This document shows, in pieces, positions 63,314 through 64,000 of a DNA stretch of 64,000 nucleotides; position 1 is the stretch's first letter; every line of letters begins with the position of its first letter. Location of the stretch: assembly GCA_007375595.1 (NCBI GenBank), contig VMEP01000001.1:415184-479183 (forward strand). The letters run 5' to 3'. The notes beneath the pieces were generated by a model, which was not told where the DNA came from, ran no database searches, and saw only the letters and a program-made list of their open reading frames with translations. This DNA comes from Parcubacteria group bacterium LiPW_30. Its GTDB lineage: Bacteria > Patescibacteriota > Minisyncoccia > Phycocordibacterales > VMEP01. The position numbers and the translations under genes were made by a program.

Positions 63314-64000
63314 ATGTACGAGATAGACGACATCACAGCCAGAATTATCCTCGACTCTCGAGGTGAAAAAACAATAGAGGCAATGGTCAGACTCTCTGAT
63401 GGTTCAGTTGCCTCAGCTTCTGTTCCGCAAGGGAAAAGCCGTGGCTCTGGTGAGGCGACTTATGTTTCCGTAGAACAGGCAATGATTAATATTAAGGAAT
63501 TAGTTTTACCTGCCCTTAAGAATTCTTTAAGCATTATGCAAAAAGAAATTGACGGGCGACTTAAAATTCTCGACGGAACAGCAAATAAAGAACGTCTTGG
63601 GGCAAACACTATTCTTGCTGTTTCTATCGCTGTCGCGCGCGCTGCAGCTAATGCTCGTGGTATTCCGCTTTGGGCTCACCTTCGTGAAATGGCAGGGGTG
63701 CCAATATTAGAGGCAAGCCACCCTCGTCTTTTTGTTAATTTAATAAATGGAGGAGAACACGCAAAAAATAAGCTTGCTTTTCAAGAGTACTTAGCGATTA
63801 TTGACGGTGCTAATTTTACAGAAATGATTGAAATACAAGCATCTCTTTGGAGTAATCTAAAGAAAATGTTTAATGATCAGTACGGTGATGCATTGCCACT
63901 AGGAGATGAGGGCGGTTTTGCCCCAGAGATTAGTGATAACCTTGAACCGTTCCGCTTAATTAAATTGGCAGCCGGAGAGCTTATAGAGGACGGATTTGTT
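63314..64000 (+). CDS. eno: enolase, N-terminal part (3' end outside window)
   Basis: MYEIDDITARIILDSRGEKTIEAMV..SASVPQGKSRGSGEA: enolase N-terminus. Frame open to the window edge. Confidence 0.9.
   Translation, partial: MYEIDDITARIILDSRGEKTIEAMVRLSDGSVASASVPQGKSRGSGEATYVSVEQAMINIKELVLPALKNSLSIMQKEIDGRLKILDGTANKERLGANTILAVSIAVARAAANARGIPLWAHLREMAGVPILEASHPRLFVNLINGGEHAKNKLAFQEYLAIIDGANFTEMIEIQASLWSNLKKMFNDQYGDALPLGDEGGFAPEISDNLEPFRLIKLAAGELIEDGFV

Noticed and set aside
1-64000. CRISPR arrays, integrase/recombinase genes, transposases, rRNA genes
   Set aside because: No regularly spaced short direct repeats, and no tyrosine- or serine-recombinase or DDE-transposase signatures were found in any frame. 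The tRNA-associated repeats and MITE-like elements therefore lack an encoded mobilisation enzyme within this window.

Overview
This 64-kb window comes from a low-GC (~36-38%), compact bacterial genome with short intergenic spacers. Type IV pilin and DprA genes, a glycine-rich secreted giant protein and many small ORFan genes are compatible with a Candidate Phyla Radiation/Patescibacteria-like lineage; that placement is inference only. The core content is housekeeping genes: clpB (5' partial), uracil-DNA glycosylase, rpmG, miaA, peroxiredoxin, parB, relA/spoT, topA, pilin+dprA, serS, ftsQ-like, dus, dnaX, cspA, ABC-F, typA, mscL, an ECF sigma factor, a glycerate kinase-ppsA-hydroxyacid dehydrogenase-enolase (3' partial) block, and five tRNAs (Tyr, Trp, Leu, Gln plus tRNA-derived repeats). 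Downstream of tRNA-Gln (about 22.1-32.2 kb) lies an accessory/defense-type island. It holds an overlapping Type II R-M pair, peptide deformylase, a stand-alone SIR2-like protein, and a five-gene module (degenerate HsdR_N-like protein, 60-aa protein, 815-aa Rad50/RloC-like ABC ATPase with a CxxC zinc hook, a translationally coupled 4-TM protein, a GGCT-like enzyme). It also carries an SRPBCC protein, a YdeI-like protein, an M23/SH3b peptidoglycan hydrolase and a truncated N-deoxyribosyltransferase pseudogene. Most island genes are preceded by copies of a conserved promoter-like module. Other notable structures are a three-copy MITE-like intergenic element with terminal GTTTTTAAAAAC palindromes flanking an extended -10 box, direct repeats of the tRNA-Leu 3' end exactly 300 bp apart, a duplicated topA 3' fragment, at least eight GC-rich (50-60% GC) ORFan islets, and ArsR- and CsoR-type operator palindromes. 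The ABC-ATPase/membrane-protein module is the best candidate for an undescribed system.
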